Below the pieces are notes generated by a model, which was not told where the DNA came from, made no database searches, and saw only the letters and a list, made by a program, of their open reading frames with translations. From the NCBI GenBank assembly GCA_030248215.1, contig JASANG010004046.1, forward strand, positions 496,001 through 545,119: a stretch of 49,119 bases of DNA. The letters are read 5' to 3'. This document shows positions 11,241 through 22,310 of this stretch, piece after piece. How positions within the stretch are numbered: position 1 is the stretch's first letter; each line of letters begins with the position of its first letter. Made by a program: the position numbers and the translations under genes. Origin of the DNA: Enoplolaimus lenunculus. Taxonomy: Eukaryota.

Positions 11241-14131
11241 CGAGGGAAAAAGGGTCGGGTGTAGCAGAGTATAGTCCGGCATTGTTTCTTGAGGAAGCAT
11301 TGAAGCGGGACATCGAGAACAGGCAACTACAGGATAAGGAATTGATTGCAAGGCTGAAGGCAGCGTTGACTAGAATGTACCCCCCAGGGGGATTCGGAGT
11401 TGCGGAGATTGAGAGCTCGTACGCGATGGTACAGGCGAATGTACGGGATTTAGAAGGAAACTGGACGCTGCGGAAGGAGACGGATATAGAGGCAATGTCC
11501 ATGGCTAATAAGTTACGGACATACCAGGAGTTCGCTGTGGAAGCGTGGAGAGATTTGATGGGTTACGCGGATCGCGTAACGCAGAACCGGAAAAGGATCA
11601 TAGAATTGGAAACAGCGGTTTTAGCGGCTGGAGATCAGCGGCAGAGGGCTCACGAGCATGTGTCCGGTGCGGAACAGCTGGTGAGACGGACTGAGGAAAA
11701 GGTAAAGGAGAAGGAAGCCGAGCGTCAGGTGATGATGGAAAAGTTGAATAAGGCATTAGAAGAGGTTATGACGCTCGTCGGTGAAAAGAGGCAGCTGGAG
11801 AACCAGGTGCAGGAGTTGACTGAGGAGAACGAGAAGTTGAGAAAAGGAGCTGTGCTCGAGAAAGGGGAAGAGTCATCGGAGCCGTCCGTCGATAGGGCGT
11901 CTGCGAGTCAACAAGGAGCGTTTAAGAGACCGAGATCTCTAACGCCGGGACGTGCACGGAAAACGGTGCGCATGGATATTGAGGAAGTGGAATTGTCCGG
12001 CGGCACAGAGGATGAAGTGGCGTCGGTGCAGGTAATAGGCGAAAAGGATGTGCCGAGGACGACGGTTGCACAAAGGAGACCGGAGGCGCGAGGTCAAGCG
12101 ACCTGGCAGGTTGTGCAACGGTCAAAACGATCGGCGACAAAACGACCCGAACGGCCGGCGACAAGACGACCCGGGAAAGGCATAATTGCTTTTCCGGATA
12201 TGGTCATTTTGCCAAGGGGCCACATGTTGGTAAACTATAAATTTGGTTATCAACAGGTGTTGCATGCAAATTATTTTGAAGGCAACGATTCACCGGAACA
12301 GCCGGGTGTAGGCTTACCGAAGGATGTATTGAGGCATTTAGCGGTCCACTGGGCGACGGCAGCAATCAGGGCGTTCGAATTTTATTTGAAAAAGGAGGCC
12401 TTGATTTCGGAATGGATGGAGTGCCTGAATTATGCGGAGCGCGGCTTAGCGGCGTGTATATTCCGCACGGTGGACATAGAGCCACAGGTGTATCAGGCGG
12501 TGATGAGATGGTTTGCGAGGATCGTGAGGGAAACGGCGGCACGTGCAGTGGTCACGCGCGGTCTGCAGTGGGGACGAGCACCAGCGGATTTCTTTGTACC
12601 GCTGTCGTCCCACGTGATTATGCAATTGTTTGACAGGGCGAAGGATCCTCAGGTGAAAAGGACAAGGCCCATGGTGATGGCCCGGGCATATGCGAACCAA
12701 AATTACTGGACACTCCGGAATAAGTTTGAACGGGAGAATCTAAGGGCGATGGAGCCGGAGGAGTCGCCGGTAAGGGCAGAAATGCGATTGCAGTTGCTGC
12801 CGTTACAGAAGGAGGTACAGAAGGAAACGGAGAAGGTGCTGGCAGCGAGTACGCTGCGAGCTATAGCGAATTTGTCGCTATGGTTTCCGGAGGCATATCC
12901 ATACCCGGAAAACAAAAGGGAAGCAGAGTTGCCAGAGTTGACACCGGATGAGGAATCGAGAAGGCAACTGATGGATATGGTACAGGATTATGACCGGAAG
13001 GAGACGGAGGAATTGTCGAGGATTGCGGAAGTAAACAGGAGAGCCCTGGACTTGTGCCGAGGTCACCTATTTGATGACCAGGCGAATGCGGCTCGGAGAC
13101 CGGAGCCGATGGATACGCAGGTAGCAGGGCAAGAAGGGGTACAACCGGGTCCGAGCAAAGCTCGTACGCGATCTGAAGCGCAGGCGGAAGCGTCCGGCGT
13201 GCAGGCGGAGGAGAAAAGGAAAATGGAGTTTGAACCGGTGAGTGAGGGGGAGTTCGACGTGCTGGAAGAAGCAGGGTTAACTCCGTCTCCTGAGAAGCAA
13301 CAAAGGAAACCGGCGGTGACGTTACAGGCAGAGAAAGAGGAATTGCGGGCGGAGGGATACGTGACGCCTCCACCGGCAGGAAAAGAGGGGTCAGAAGGGA
13401 AACTGACGCCAAGAAGGTCACCACGGATACAGAAACAAGAGGAGGCGAAGGAACAGGAGAAGTCGAAAGAGTTGTTGTGGGAGGAGTTGATTAAGCTGCA
13501 ACCTAAAAAGGTACGGTCGCAGTCAGAGGCAGAAGAAAAACCGAGCACGAGTCTCGGTCAGCCACCGGCACCGGGATATATCGCGGTGCGAGGGCCAGAT
13601 GGAAAGTTGAAATGGAGGTTTGATAGAGACGCAAGGAAAAGGGCAATGGCCCAGAGGGCGCGCGTTAGTCCGAAGAGACCAACGGGCGGATATGTACGAC
13701 CGGCTGCAGGGTCGGTGGTAAGTAGAATCGGACCGAGGCAGGCGAATCCGGTGTACAGTGCATCGGCTGTGCGATCACAGACAGCGCCTGGGTACCGAGG
13801 ATCCGGAGCAGTAACGCAGAGGGTGGTTATTAGTCCACCAGCTGGGTCGGCAAGGGTACGGCCACCAGTCCGGCAAGCGTCGGGCGAGCGGTACCCTGTA
13901 CGAGTTGGCGGTCACATGGGACAATCGCAAGTGGCGCCGGCACGTGGTTATTACAATCAGCAAGTGGAGAACGTACGGCAGGCGATGCGAGAAAGTCGTC
14001 AAGTGGAACGACAGCAGCAGCAACAACGGGCGTCGCGATCAGTGGCGCGCGATAATCAGTGGGTGACGCAGGAGGAATTGGACGCCTATTATGCGGACGT
14101 CCCTCGTGAACTGCGTCGAAAACGCTTTTGA
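11225..14131 (+). CDS. Retroelement accessory ORF of unknown function (~920-970 aa; coiled coil, helical core, disordered basic tail)
   Basis: 968 stop-free codons (frame opens 11204, first ATG 11375); E/K/R heptads at ~aa 110-210; hydrophobic core at ~aa 320-560; SP/TP- and R-rich tail ending RELRRKRF; no pol motifs, signal peptide or TM segment seen. Confidence 0.8.
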   Translation: MERLWAREKGSGVAEYSPALFLEEALKRDIENRQLQDKELIARLKAALTRMYPPGGFGVAEIESSYAMVQANVRDLEGNWTLRKETDIEAMSMANKLRTYQEFAVEAWRDLMGYADRVTQNRKRIIELETAVLAAGDQRQRAHEHVSGAEQLVRRTEEKVKEKEAERQVMMEKLNKALEEVMTLVGEKRQLENQVQELTEENEKLRKGAVLEKGEESSEPSVDRASASQQGAFKRPRSLTPGRARKTVRMDIEEVELSGGTEDEVASVQVIGEKDVPRTTVAQRRPEARGQATWQVVQRSKRSATKRPERPATRRPGKGIIAFPDMVILPRGHMLVNYKFGYQQVLHANYFEGNDSPEQPGVGLPKDVLRHLAVHWATAAIRAFEFYLKKEALISEWMECLNYAERGLAACIFRTVDIEPQVYQAVMRWFARIVRETAARAVVTRGLQWGRAPADFFVPLSSHVIMQLFDRAKDPQVKRTRPMVMARAYANQNYWTLRNKFERENLRAMEPEESPVRAEMRLQLLPLQKEVQKETEKVLAASTLRAIANLSLWFPEAYPYPENKREAELPELTPDEESRRQLMDMVQDYDRKETEELSRIAEVNRRALDLCRGHLFDDQANAARRPEPMDTQVAGQEGVQPGPSKARTRSEAQAEASGVQAEEKRKMEFEPVSEGEFDVLEEAGLTPSPEKQQRKPAVTLQAEKEELRAEGYVTPPPAGKEGSEGKLTPRRSPRIQKQEEAKEQEKSKELLWEELIKLQPKKVRSQSEAEEKPSTSLGQPPAPGYIAVRGPDGKLKWRFDRDARKRAMAQRARVSPKRPTGGYVRPAAGSVVSRIGPRQANPVYSASAVRSQTAPGYRGSGAVTQRVVISPPAGSARVRPPVRQASGERYPVRVGGHMGQSQVAPARGYYNQQVENVRQAMRESRQVERQQQQQRASRSVARDNQWVTQEELDAYYADVPRELRRKRF

Positions 14132-14566
14132 TGGATCGGTAATAGACGTTTATTGTGGTTATTAGTTCGGTGATGCTACGGGGTGCTAGGGTGGTACTGG
14201 TACGCTGGGTATTTTATAGTGGAGTGACTTTATTAGAGATCGTATTGGTAGGCGGGTCGTTCGTTTGGAAATGGTTCTGGGGGTAATGTAAACGGGTGCT
14301 GGGGGTGCGCTGGTACGCGGTTTCGTTATTTGGTTTTTATTGGACGCATTGGCAACATTGTCGTGGGTCGTTTGATGGTCTTGTTATTGTTATTTGGCAA
14401 AAACTTTAAAAATAAAAAGTAATATAAAAGAAAGAAAATGATGAAAAATTGTTGTTGTTATTGTTGTTAAGTTTGTTATTGTGGATTTACGCTTTTTAGC
14501 GACGGCAAAAAAGGCAGTAAATAGGGCCATAAAATTTTGTTCGATGCCAGGGTCGGCATCTGTGCC

Positions 14567-14576
14567 GAAGGGGGGA
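14567..14576 (+). promoter_or_regulatory. Polypurine tract
   Basis: GAAGGGGGGA immediately 5' of the 3' LTR TG. Confidence 0.85.
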
Positions 14577-15913
14577 TGTAGGTGGCTGTGCCACACTTAA
14601 ACCTATTTCAAACTAAAAACTAAAACTAAAATAAAACCCTATATCAAAACCACACCTTAAGGGAGTCCCTGGCTCCACCTAGTCTCTCTTAGAACTTAAG
14701 TTAGGCTTAGGCGTTGCTACAAGGCGTAGAAATTGGTAAAACTATGCTATGGCGGCTGTGTCCGCAATGTAAACTTACCTGGGGCCCTGCGTGGCCATAG
14801 AACGGTATTGATTAATGTTGCAATTGTTGCTGGCCTAATCTGCGCTTAACGACATAGCTAGGCTATGTCAGCACCAAAATGGTGCTTTATATTGAGTGTC
14901 TCCGGCATGGTTGTTGTTGTTGTTGTAGTACCGGTTGCGTGGCTCTCGACCTCGACCGCATTGCGGACACCCAATTGTGGGTGTCGGCAAAAATGCAAAT
15001 GAGGTCGAGATGCCGATATGGGTAGCCAGGACCGGAATCAGTATTATCTTCTTGGTGGTTGGAAACATCGTTTATATTTTTGGTGCATTCTACGCGTGTT
15101 TTTATTTTGCGGTTATTAAGTTTTAGGTTGGATTGAGCGAACTTGGGTAAGTAAGGTCGAGCGGATTTAATTTAAGAATAGTCACGGTGGCTTAACATGT
15201 GAAGGAAATTAGGCATCACGGATTTTATTGGTGTTGCGCAGGGCGCGGAATTTACCCAGTATCGGATACTGGTGTTATGTGTTAACAGGGGAACTTGGGG
15301 TATTAAAGGAAACCTGGGAAAAGTAGTCTAGTAAATCTAACGGGGTTAGATTTATTATTCTACAACGGTTGGGCCAAATCTAACGGGGTTAGATTGGTCG
15401 GAAATTTGGTGTAACTCTAACGGGGTTAGAGTACACGGTTTAACGGGGTGTAATTCTAACGGGGTTAGAATTGCACGGATTCTGGAAAAACGGCAAAAGT
15501 ATTGGGTACGGTAAAGCCAGTGGCTGGATTAAATCAGATTCAGACGTCGGCTTTAAGGATTCCGGCTCGGGTTACCAGTTAAATTGCATAACCTGTGATT
15601 TGCTGGCCTTAATTTTGGGTATTTTGTGTCTTACGGCTCGGGTACCAGTAAATTGCATAACCTGTGATTTGCTGGCCTTAATTTTGGTTATTTTGTGTCC
15701 CACAGGTCGCGGGTACCAGTTAAATTGCATAACCTGTGATTTGCTGGCCTTAAATTTGGGTATTTTGTGTGTCATACGGGTTGCGGGTTGGGATTTATAA
15801 TAAACATTTACCGGCCGCGTTTTACTAAATCAGAGCGAATAGCATACATCGAGAAAAGAACTATACAGGCGATACAGGATACAGGCTTAAGTCTAAATCA
15901 CGAACTTCTCACA
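14577..15913 (+). repeat. 3' LTR
   Basis: TGTAGGTGGC...CTTCTCACA, copy of 6652-7987. Confidence 0.95.
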
Positions 15914-16179
15914 TTCCATCCTCTACATATATAACTTTTTAATTACGGTCTTATGGTGGCTGCCCCCACCCTGAACCCCCCGCAACATTAAGGGACCCTT
16001 AGCAGAATGGGGGGGCTGGCGCCCCCAAACCCCCGCACTAAGCAGTTTTCACACTTAAGCTACATAGACAAAGTCAAAAAATTTTCAAACAAGGAATTGC
16101 TTTGCGTAGAAGTTTGTGGGTCGACAGCCCCTTGACAACGCAATAAAAGAAAATGTTTTTGTGACAATGTTCTATACAT

Positions 16180-16465
16180 GGGCCCGATACACGCTGTCCC
16201 GGCTGCCCCAACCGACCCAGCAAAAACATAGGTTTGGAGCTGTCCTAGGCGTCTCGACCGACCCAACAAAATCATTGGTTCGAAGCTGTCTCGGCTGTTT
16301 CGACCGACTCAGCAAAAATACGGGCTCGAAGCTGTCCCGGCTGTTCCGACCGACCCAGAACAAACAAGTTTGTAGCTGTCTCGACCAACCCAACAAAAAC
16401 ATTTCACGCCGGGTATATTGCTGTGCCGTGGGTAAATGGGACGCCCCTCAGAGTAACATGGGCCA
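16180..16465. repeat. Right arm of inverted repeat, made of ~45-bp subrepeats
   Basis: Repeated AGCTGTC(C/T)CGGCTGTT(C/T)CGACCGACCCAGCAAAAA units; reverse complement of 6185-6650. Confidence 0.75.
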
Positions 16466-17131
16466 ATTTAAGTATGAATAAATGTATTCTGTTTGTTTTA
16501 AAGGTAGACTTAGATATTTGTGTTCATTCGGGTCTTTTGTTTTCTTCGTCTTTTTCTTCTTCTAACGTAATGAAGGAGACCTCGCAAGCGAAAGGAACCA
16601 ATAGTAGGTAAGGCTCATGTACTGAAGAGGGCCGGAACAGTGGTTATATCAATTTTAACGCTATTTTTTGAAAATTAGAAGTTTTTGTTTATAATTATAC
16701 TAGTAGTTATTTTTTGTAATGGAATACGCGTTAACCGTGCAAATGACTTCGTATGAACGTTTCATTTTTTAAAAATCAAAATTTGCGAAAAACTGTTATA
16801 CTGCTGTTAATACGAGGTAAAGTACTTAGCTAGGTATAGTTTCTGTTTAATTAACAGTGTATCTTTTGACCTTTAACACAGGTATTTACTTTATAACTTT
16901 TGACTACGCAAGGTTGTAATTTTAACTGTGTAATATTTTGAGAGTTTATTTTGTATTTAAGTTGTGTGAAGTTCGATTAACTACTCGTATACACAGCATA
17001 GAGTGTCACATTTGAATATCGTCAAGTAGTGAATATGTAATAAATGTTTATAACTATTATGTTTTTCAATTTGATGCAGCGTCCTTCAGCAGTTAGTGCA
17101 CTCTACTGAGAATCTAAGCAGTTGGAAAAGC

Positions 17132-17207
17132 GGGCCTCAAGAGCAGGGATCGAAATCTCAACCTACGGTTCTTTAAGCGAACACCTTACCACTGGGCCAA
17201 GTAGCCC
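17132..17207 (-). pseudogene. tRNA-derived pseudogene / SINE head
   Basis: Minus strand GGGCTACTTGGCCCAGTGGTAAGG...GATTTCGATCCC...GGCCC: A box, degenerate B box, partly pairing ends; anticodon arm imperfect. Confidence 0.5.
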
Positions 17208-17644
17208 GTCTCTCCAGCTGCATTTTTCGTCGACTATACATGTCGAGCTTATGCTGCCAGCTAGCATACATTCAGTGCACTGCACTATATTGCATGTGCA
17301 CATAACGGACAAGCATGTTTCACATGCTTGCAGTGTTAACTGACATCCAAATCTCATTACCTGCGTTCAGTACAGTTGTGTCATTTTCAATTATAAGCGC
17401 AGAAATAAGGTGACAAAATGCTTGCCTGACTGGCTGAGTTCAATCAAATTATTTTCTTTGTTGTATATTCAGGACTTGCTTATGTTTAATCTATTTTAAT
17501 AACTTAGCGTTTATTATTTGCTGTGGCCGTGCATACATTAATTATTTGATACTGTTCGGCTATGGCTGCCAACAGCTGAGAAAATACATTCTATTAAGTT
17601 ACGTTGCGTAACAGATTTACAAAACAATTAACCTTTGTGGTACC

Positions 17645-17752
17645 ATGACAGAGACAACACTTGCATCAAAAGCAACAAAAGTCCCAAGAAGCGTTCAAAA
17701 GCAGGAAGCTCAATATGATCCCGTTGATACCTACGGACCTTGGGTTGTTCGG
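17645..17752 (+). CDS. C3orf33: C3orf33-like exon 1
   Basis: ATG...MTETTLASK...YGPWVVR, donor GTACGC. Confidence 0.7.
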
Positions 17753-20700
17753 GTACGCTTTTGTATATATGTGTTTATATAAGTACTAATAGCGATAAGT
17801 AATATTTCAAGTGGCGTACCTAGTGTTCGTTTCTGGTGTTTCATACAGTGCCGAAACACGCTAGGGATCCCCAAAATTCCAAATAGCAAAGGCACATATA
17901 AATTATATATCATAAGCTTCGCCATGTTACAAAGTGGTTTGGCATCTGAATATTGTAGGTCCGATTTACTCTGATTCTCGGTATATGTAAAATTGCTATT
18001 CCAATTCCTGTTTTAATTCCGACTAAATTCAGTTCTGTTTGACACCCTGATGCGGTGGAACGTTGTTAAATATGCACCTTGGTTGTACATTCTTTATGTC
18101 TGCAATTTCTTTCGACAAATCCTTATATGTACATGCTGCACAGATGATAACGGAGGTTGTTAAACGCTGGTTTTGAACTTGTAGCACACACTGAATGATC
18201 TCACTACATTCGCAATGTTGATTTAACGTCATATACGTGTATTAATATTTATAGGGTGTGGCTGTTGCATCTGGTGCAGCTGGACTGTTTTTTCTAACGC
18301 ATAGGTTAAAGTTGGTAAGCGTACATTTGCATGTATTTTGTTGAAGTCGGCAGTTTTAAGAAATTAGTTATATTGTGAAGCCTTTGGAGATATAACGTAA
18401 GCTACTTTGGTGTAACTATTATTATGTATTATAGTGAATGTTTCTGTTGTCGAAAATTTATTTGCGCAGATTAGATTTAGGAGCGCATTGAAGTATGATG
18501 GGAGGCAAAGGCATGCTTATTCGAATCAACTTGGGTTTTCTCATAGTCAGTGAGATGAGGCGAGTGGGGAAAACGTTTTTTTGTTTTAGTTTACAACATT
18601 TCGCAAAGCCTCTGATATCCCGAGCCGATTCGTAGAAAGTAATGCTCGTTTGCGGGGCCGCGTGACGCTCGTCAAAGATGACGGGACGTTGCAGGTTGCG
18701 CATGTACCTTTACTGCCGAAACCATTTAAATTTGGTAAAAGTAAGCGCGGACAAAATTGATTGTTAGCGTATTATCGTAGAAGTAGCATATATCTTAGTT
18801 TTAGGCTTGGCAAACATATGTATATAACTAGTTTAATGCAGACCGCTGAGTAGGTACCTATATGTTCGGCGCTGTGAACTTTTCAGTGTCTTTGATTTGC
18901 AGTAGTAGTCACAGTCCGGCGGTCATAGTATTTTTGGGGGGATGCAGGCCTTTATTATTGTAGCTTGGATATGGATTTTTAATTTTTTACATTTTTGCTT
19001 TTGAAAAATCACCTGCATTCAAACCATTTCGGGGGCAATGGAAGGTACGTGAATTGCTGCTTGGCACCGCATTACAGTTTGTTATCCAACTGTTATCTAC
19101 TTACGGACTTACAACACCGTCCAGTGCCGGACGACGCTGAAGGGCACAGCATGACAAGTATAGGGGCTAGTCACCGTAGAGATTGTATAGAAAATTTTGC
19201 AGTAGTCCTTATTCTTTGTCGATTGTTTGCTTAAGCTAGGCCTCTATCCAGTGCAATTGACGTTCGGTTAGCTGCCGTTAAACTTGACTCTAAAGCAATT
19301 CCGTATTTGCATCAACGCGCTGCTGGCAAAACTGTCTGGTTTTACTTGATTCATAAAAACGATGCACGAAATCAGGTCGATGCCGAAGTTATTGTACCTA
19401 AGGTGCGTGACTAAATGAGATTTTTGGTGTGCGCATGTTTCAGTCTACATCTTAAGTGATACTTCAGCGTAACAACGATATGTTGTTTATAGTAATGTTA
19501 TAATTTTTTACAAGCGTCTTAAGAATTAACTGTGTTTCGTGAAGGGTATTTTACCGAAAATACCAGAGTTGATGCCGGACACTTCTATGTCCGGCTAATA
19601 TTTAAGTGTAAATTTCAACTAAAATTCGAACATAATCACGCTAATTTAAACTTTGCTTCGTGAAGTACTTATTTTAATCGTTTTTGAACAAAATCTACAG
19701 CGAAACAATGCTTTTTTCGTCATAAATCACTGTTTGATATACAGTTCCGTTATACTTTTCAACAATAAATGTTCGGCAATATAGAATACCGGAGCCAGAC
19801 ATTGATTTTTTGCCGGCCTATTATATATGTACACGTACAGACTAAATATTAGAGTCTGCAAATTCAGGCAACTCTAAAATGTCTTTGATGTAGCGCGAAA
19901 CCAGTAAATTTGTAATATTTGAAGCTCTAAGTTTGAAATTTAGTACGTTTAGTAACCATAACCAACTGCTGATAAGACACAAACGAACTCACAACTTGTT
20001 TGACGTCGAAATTCAGTATCTGGTGGGTGGGAGCGGGACACCCCACAGAGCCAACGGTCCCAAGGCTGATGCCCGCAATGCTTCAGAGTGGTGGTCATCA
20101 TATGACTTTATGTTGAAATCTACACATCAACGTTTTCATATCAAACTGAAAACTTAGGACTCTAACACGAATACAGCATTTCAGGTGGCATTTATCAGCC
20201 AAAACACCGTTAAATGATCCCGGAAGTGAATATTATATGGTAAAAGTCAGCACAAAAATAATGTATAAATATGATTCCAATCAGAAATAATATATGTATA
20301 TCCTTTTTTAGTTTGATATATGTATTTCTACTACTTAACAAGAAAAAACGTTTTTTGAAAACCCTTTCTTAATTCGACCTCAGGTTCAACCTGGAGACCC
20401 CCCACAAAGATAGTAAGAGGAAGAGACCAGAGGTTAATTAAGGCAAACATTTTATAAATTTGCAGTTGTTAACCCGGTGGTATATCATTTTGCGTAGCAG
20501 GTTGTGTTTTAAGTAACGAAGTTGACTTTGTGTTCGGCGGTGATGTTATAAGAGGAATTTTCGATCGTAAACTGCATGTTCTTGTTTACGGTATGACATT
20601 GTGTCTAATCTTCTCTCTGAGCTGAACATAAGTTATAGATTTTGGTCGTCCGTGTCAGGGTGAAATCGGAATTTTGATTCCGATTACAATTCCGATTGGA

Positions 20701-21546
20701 AACGAATTCCGATTCCGATTGCACAATCTATCCGAATCGGAATTTTGAAATTTTAAAATTCAGTATGATTTATCAATAATTGATTCTAGTTTAGTTTTAC
20801 AGAACCAAAAATTATCGCCAATTATTTCATGCGACCTTTTCGAAAATGTTTCGCTTTGCACCCTGAACGCTGTACCTAGGTGTAGTTCTTTCTAACGTTT
20901 GTACATCCATTGCAACAAAAAATCTTTTACTCTGTGAAATTGTGGAAAAAGTCGGCAAAAGTTTTGGTAACATAGTAGATAAATTTGTTGGTGTTTGTTG
21001 TATGCGTATTTTCAGATTTACCCGTTTCGATCAAGTCTAAACCGTGAGGTTATACGTCGTGGGTTAGGTCGGCTCCCAGGGCTTGACGATGCCACGGGGA
21101 CACATTTGCGACAACTAAAGCAATCAGCTGAATATGCACGCCTGACACAACGGTTACTAATTTCTGAAAGCGTCGCTCATCGCCGCCGTTTAGGGCTTTG
21201 GTCTGATCCATCTAGGTTTGAAGCGTTTTCGACTTTTCCAAGCGTTGCTGGAGTCATGATTAAGCATTCAGCGCCCTATCAAGCTGTAGGACACGTTACC
21301 GCAATGACGCGAGACGCCATGCAATATGCAACCGCTCAAGCACGAACGGTACAAGCTGAAGGTGAGCGCTACGCGGTGCAGTCTGTGGTGCCGAAAATTC
21401 GAATTGCCGTTGATAGAGCGAGCGAAATATATTCGAAAACGGAGTCAGTTCGTCAGTTGTTTTGGGAAATATCGCGTAATTTTTATTTTATGACTTTGAA
21501 CATTTATTCAAAGTTGATAAAGACCATACGCGAAAAAAGGGGATGA
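17645..21546 (+). CDS. C3orf33: C3orf33-like protein (N-terminal TM helix, staphylococcal-nuclease-like fold), 5 exons, ~338 aa
   Basis: Exons 17645-17752, 18255-18314, 18590-18740, 19236-19402, 21016-21546, all GT-AG and phase-compatible (1017 nt). Motifs FRKASDIPSRFVESNARLRGRV, AHVP, DVRLAAV, VWFYL, SLNREVIRRGLG, RRRLGLWS resemble C3orf33 as I recall it (SDIP..F...N..LRG, V.LAGV, NLNEEILRRGLG, G.W). Confidence 0.85.
18255..18314 (+). CDS. C3orf33: C3orf33-like exon 2 (hydrophobic segment)
   Basis: TTTATAG acceptor, GVAVASGAAGLFFLTHRLKL, GTAAGC donor. Confidence 0.8.
18590..18740 (+). CDS. C3orf33: C3orf33-like exon 3
   Basis: TTTTAG acceptor, FTTFRKASDIPSRF...LRGRV...AHVPLLP, GTAAGC donor (phase 1). 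Confidence 0.88.
19236..19402 (+). CDS. C3orf33: C3orf33-like exon 4
   Basis: RPLSSAIDVRLAAVKL...VWFYLI...VIVPK, donor GTGCGT; phases fit both neighbours. Confidence 0.85.
20656..20865. mobile_element. hAT-like MITE remnant in intron 4
   Basis: Ends CAGGGTGAAA / TTGCACCCTG with internal ATTCCG subrepeats; no clear TSD. Confidence 0.5.
21016..21546 (+). CDS. C3orf33: C3orf33-like exon 5 (terminal)
   Basis: TTTTCAG acceptor, IYPFRSSLNREVIRRGLG...LGLWSD..., TGA at 21544-21546. Confidence 0.88.
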   Translation: MYPFRSSLNREVIRRGLGRLPGLDDATGTHLRQLKQSAEYARLTQRLLISESVAHRRRLGLWSDPSRFEAFSTFPSVAGVMIKHSAPYQAVGHVTAMTRDAMQYATAQARTVQAEGERYAVQSVVPKIRIAVDRASEIYSKTESVRQLFWEISRNFYFMTLNIYSKLIKTIREKRG

Positions 21547-22310
21547 AGCAGCACTTGAACCCCTTGTCAGCTTTAGCAAGAGTCGATAATGATTCTTTGA
21601 GCATGAATGTGCAACTTTCTAATGCGCGTGTGGCGTGAAAGCTACCACCGCACATTGCGCTTTGTTCATGCCCCGTTATATATAGGGAAAGAGTCGACTA
21701 GTTACAGTACACACTTCAAAATAGAAAAGGACAACCAATATTGAATCAACAATATGAACGGGCAACCTTTATACAGAGTGCACTGTTGCAATTTTTTCTT
21801 TCACGATTTGAATCATCCACTCTTGGTTTGGTTATAGAGATTTGTTAACATAAACACTTGGAACTGGAAGGAAGAGGCTTAGGTTTTGAGGCACAGGCTT
21901 TGCGGGCATGCCGTTATAGTTAACGTAAACTGTAATTGAGTTTTGGAGTATTGCCTTGTTTGTGATTTGTACACGACATCGATGATTGCTCGTGTATGAC
22001 AGTCAGAACAGGTTACGTTTTCAAAGCATTGGTACGTGTACGAATCAGTTTGTTTTAACCATATTCTATAGAGAAAACGCCATGAGTAACTTAACGCAAA
22101 ATACATACGCGAAGTAATATATAATGCCCAGTGTTTAACGAATCTTACCGTATGCGTAGTTTTATATTTACACATCTAAAAAAGTCATTGAAGTTAATTC
22201 AAAGCGTAAAACTAAAGCGGTTGATTTGGTTGAGTGTTTCGTAAAGAGTATATTATACGAACTTTCATTTCAATGCTTTGCAGCACCATTAATTGGTACC
22301 TGATGCGGGC

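Larger units (their letters stand above)
6652..15913 (+). mobile_element. Non-autonomous LTR retroelement (Ty3/Gypsy-like gag remnant, no pol, large extra ORF)
   Basis: Two ~1336-bp direct repeats with TG...CA ends, PBS directly after the 5' LTR, PPT directly before the 3' LTR, gag-like motif; no D(T/S)G protease, YxDD RT, RNase H or HHCC/DDE integrase motifs seen in the ORF translations. Confidence 0.93.

Noticed and set aside
12861..13548. Antisense ORFs of 161-187 aa within ORF2
   Set aside because: Expected shadow frames of a GC-rich coding strand; low-complexity Ser/Pro content
11225..14131. ORF2 as env or pol
   Set aside because: No signal peptide, TM helix or Cys-rich ectodomain; no protease, RT, RNase H or integrase motifs visible
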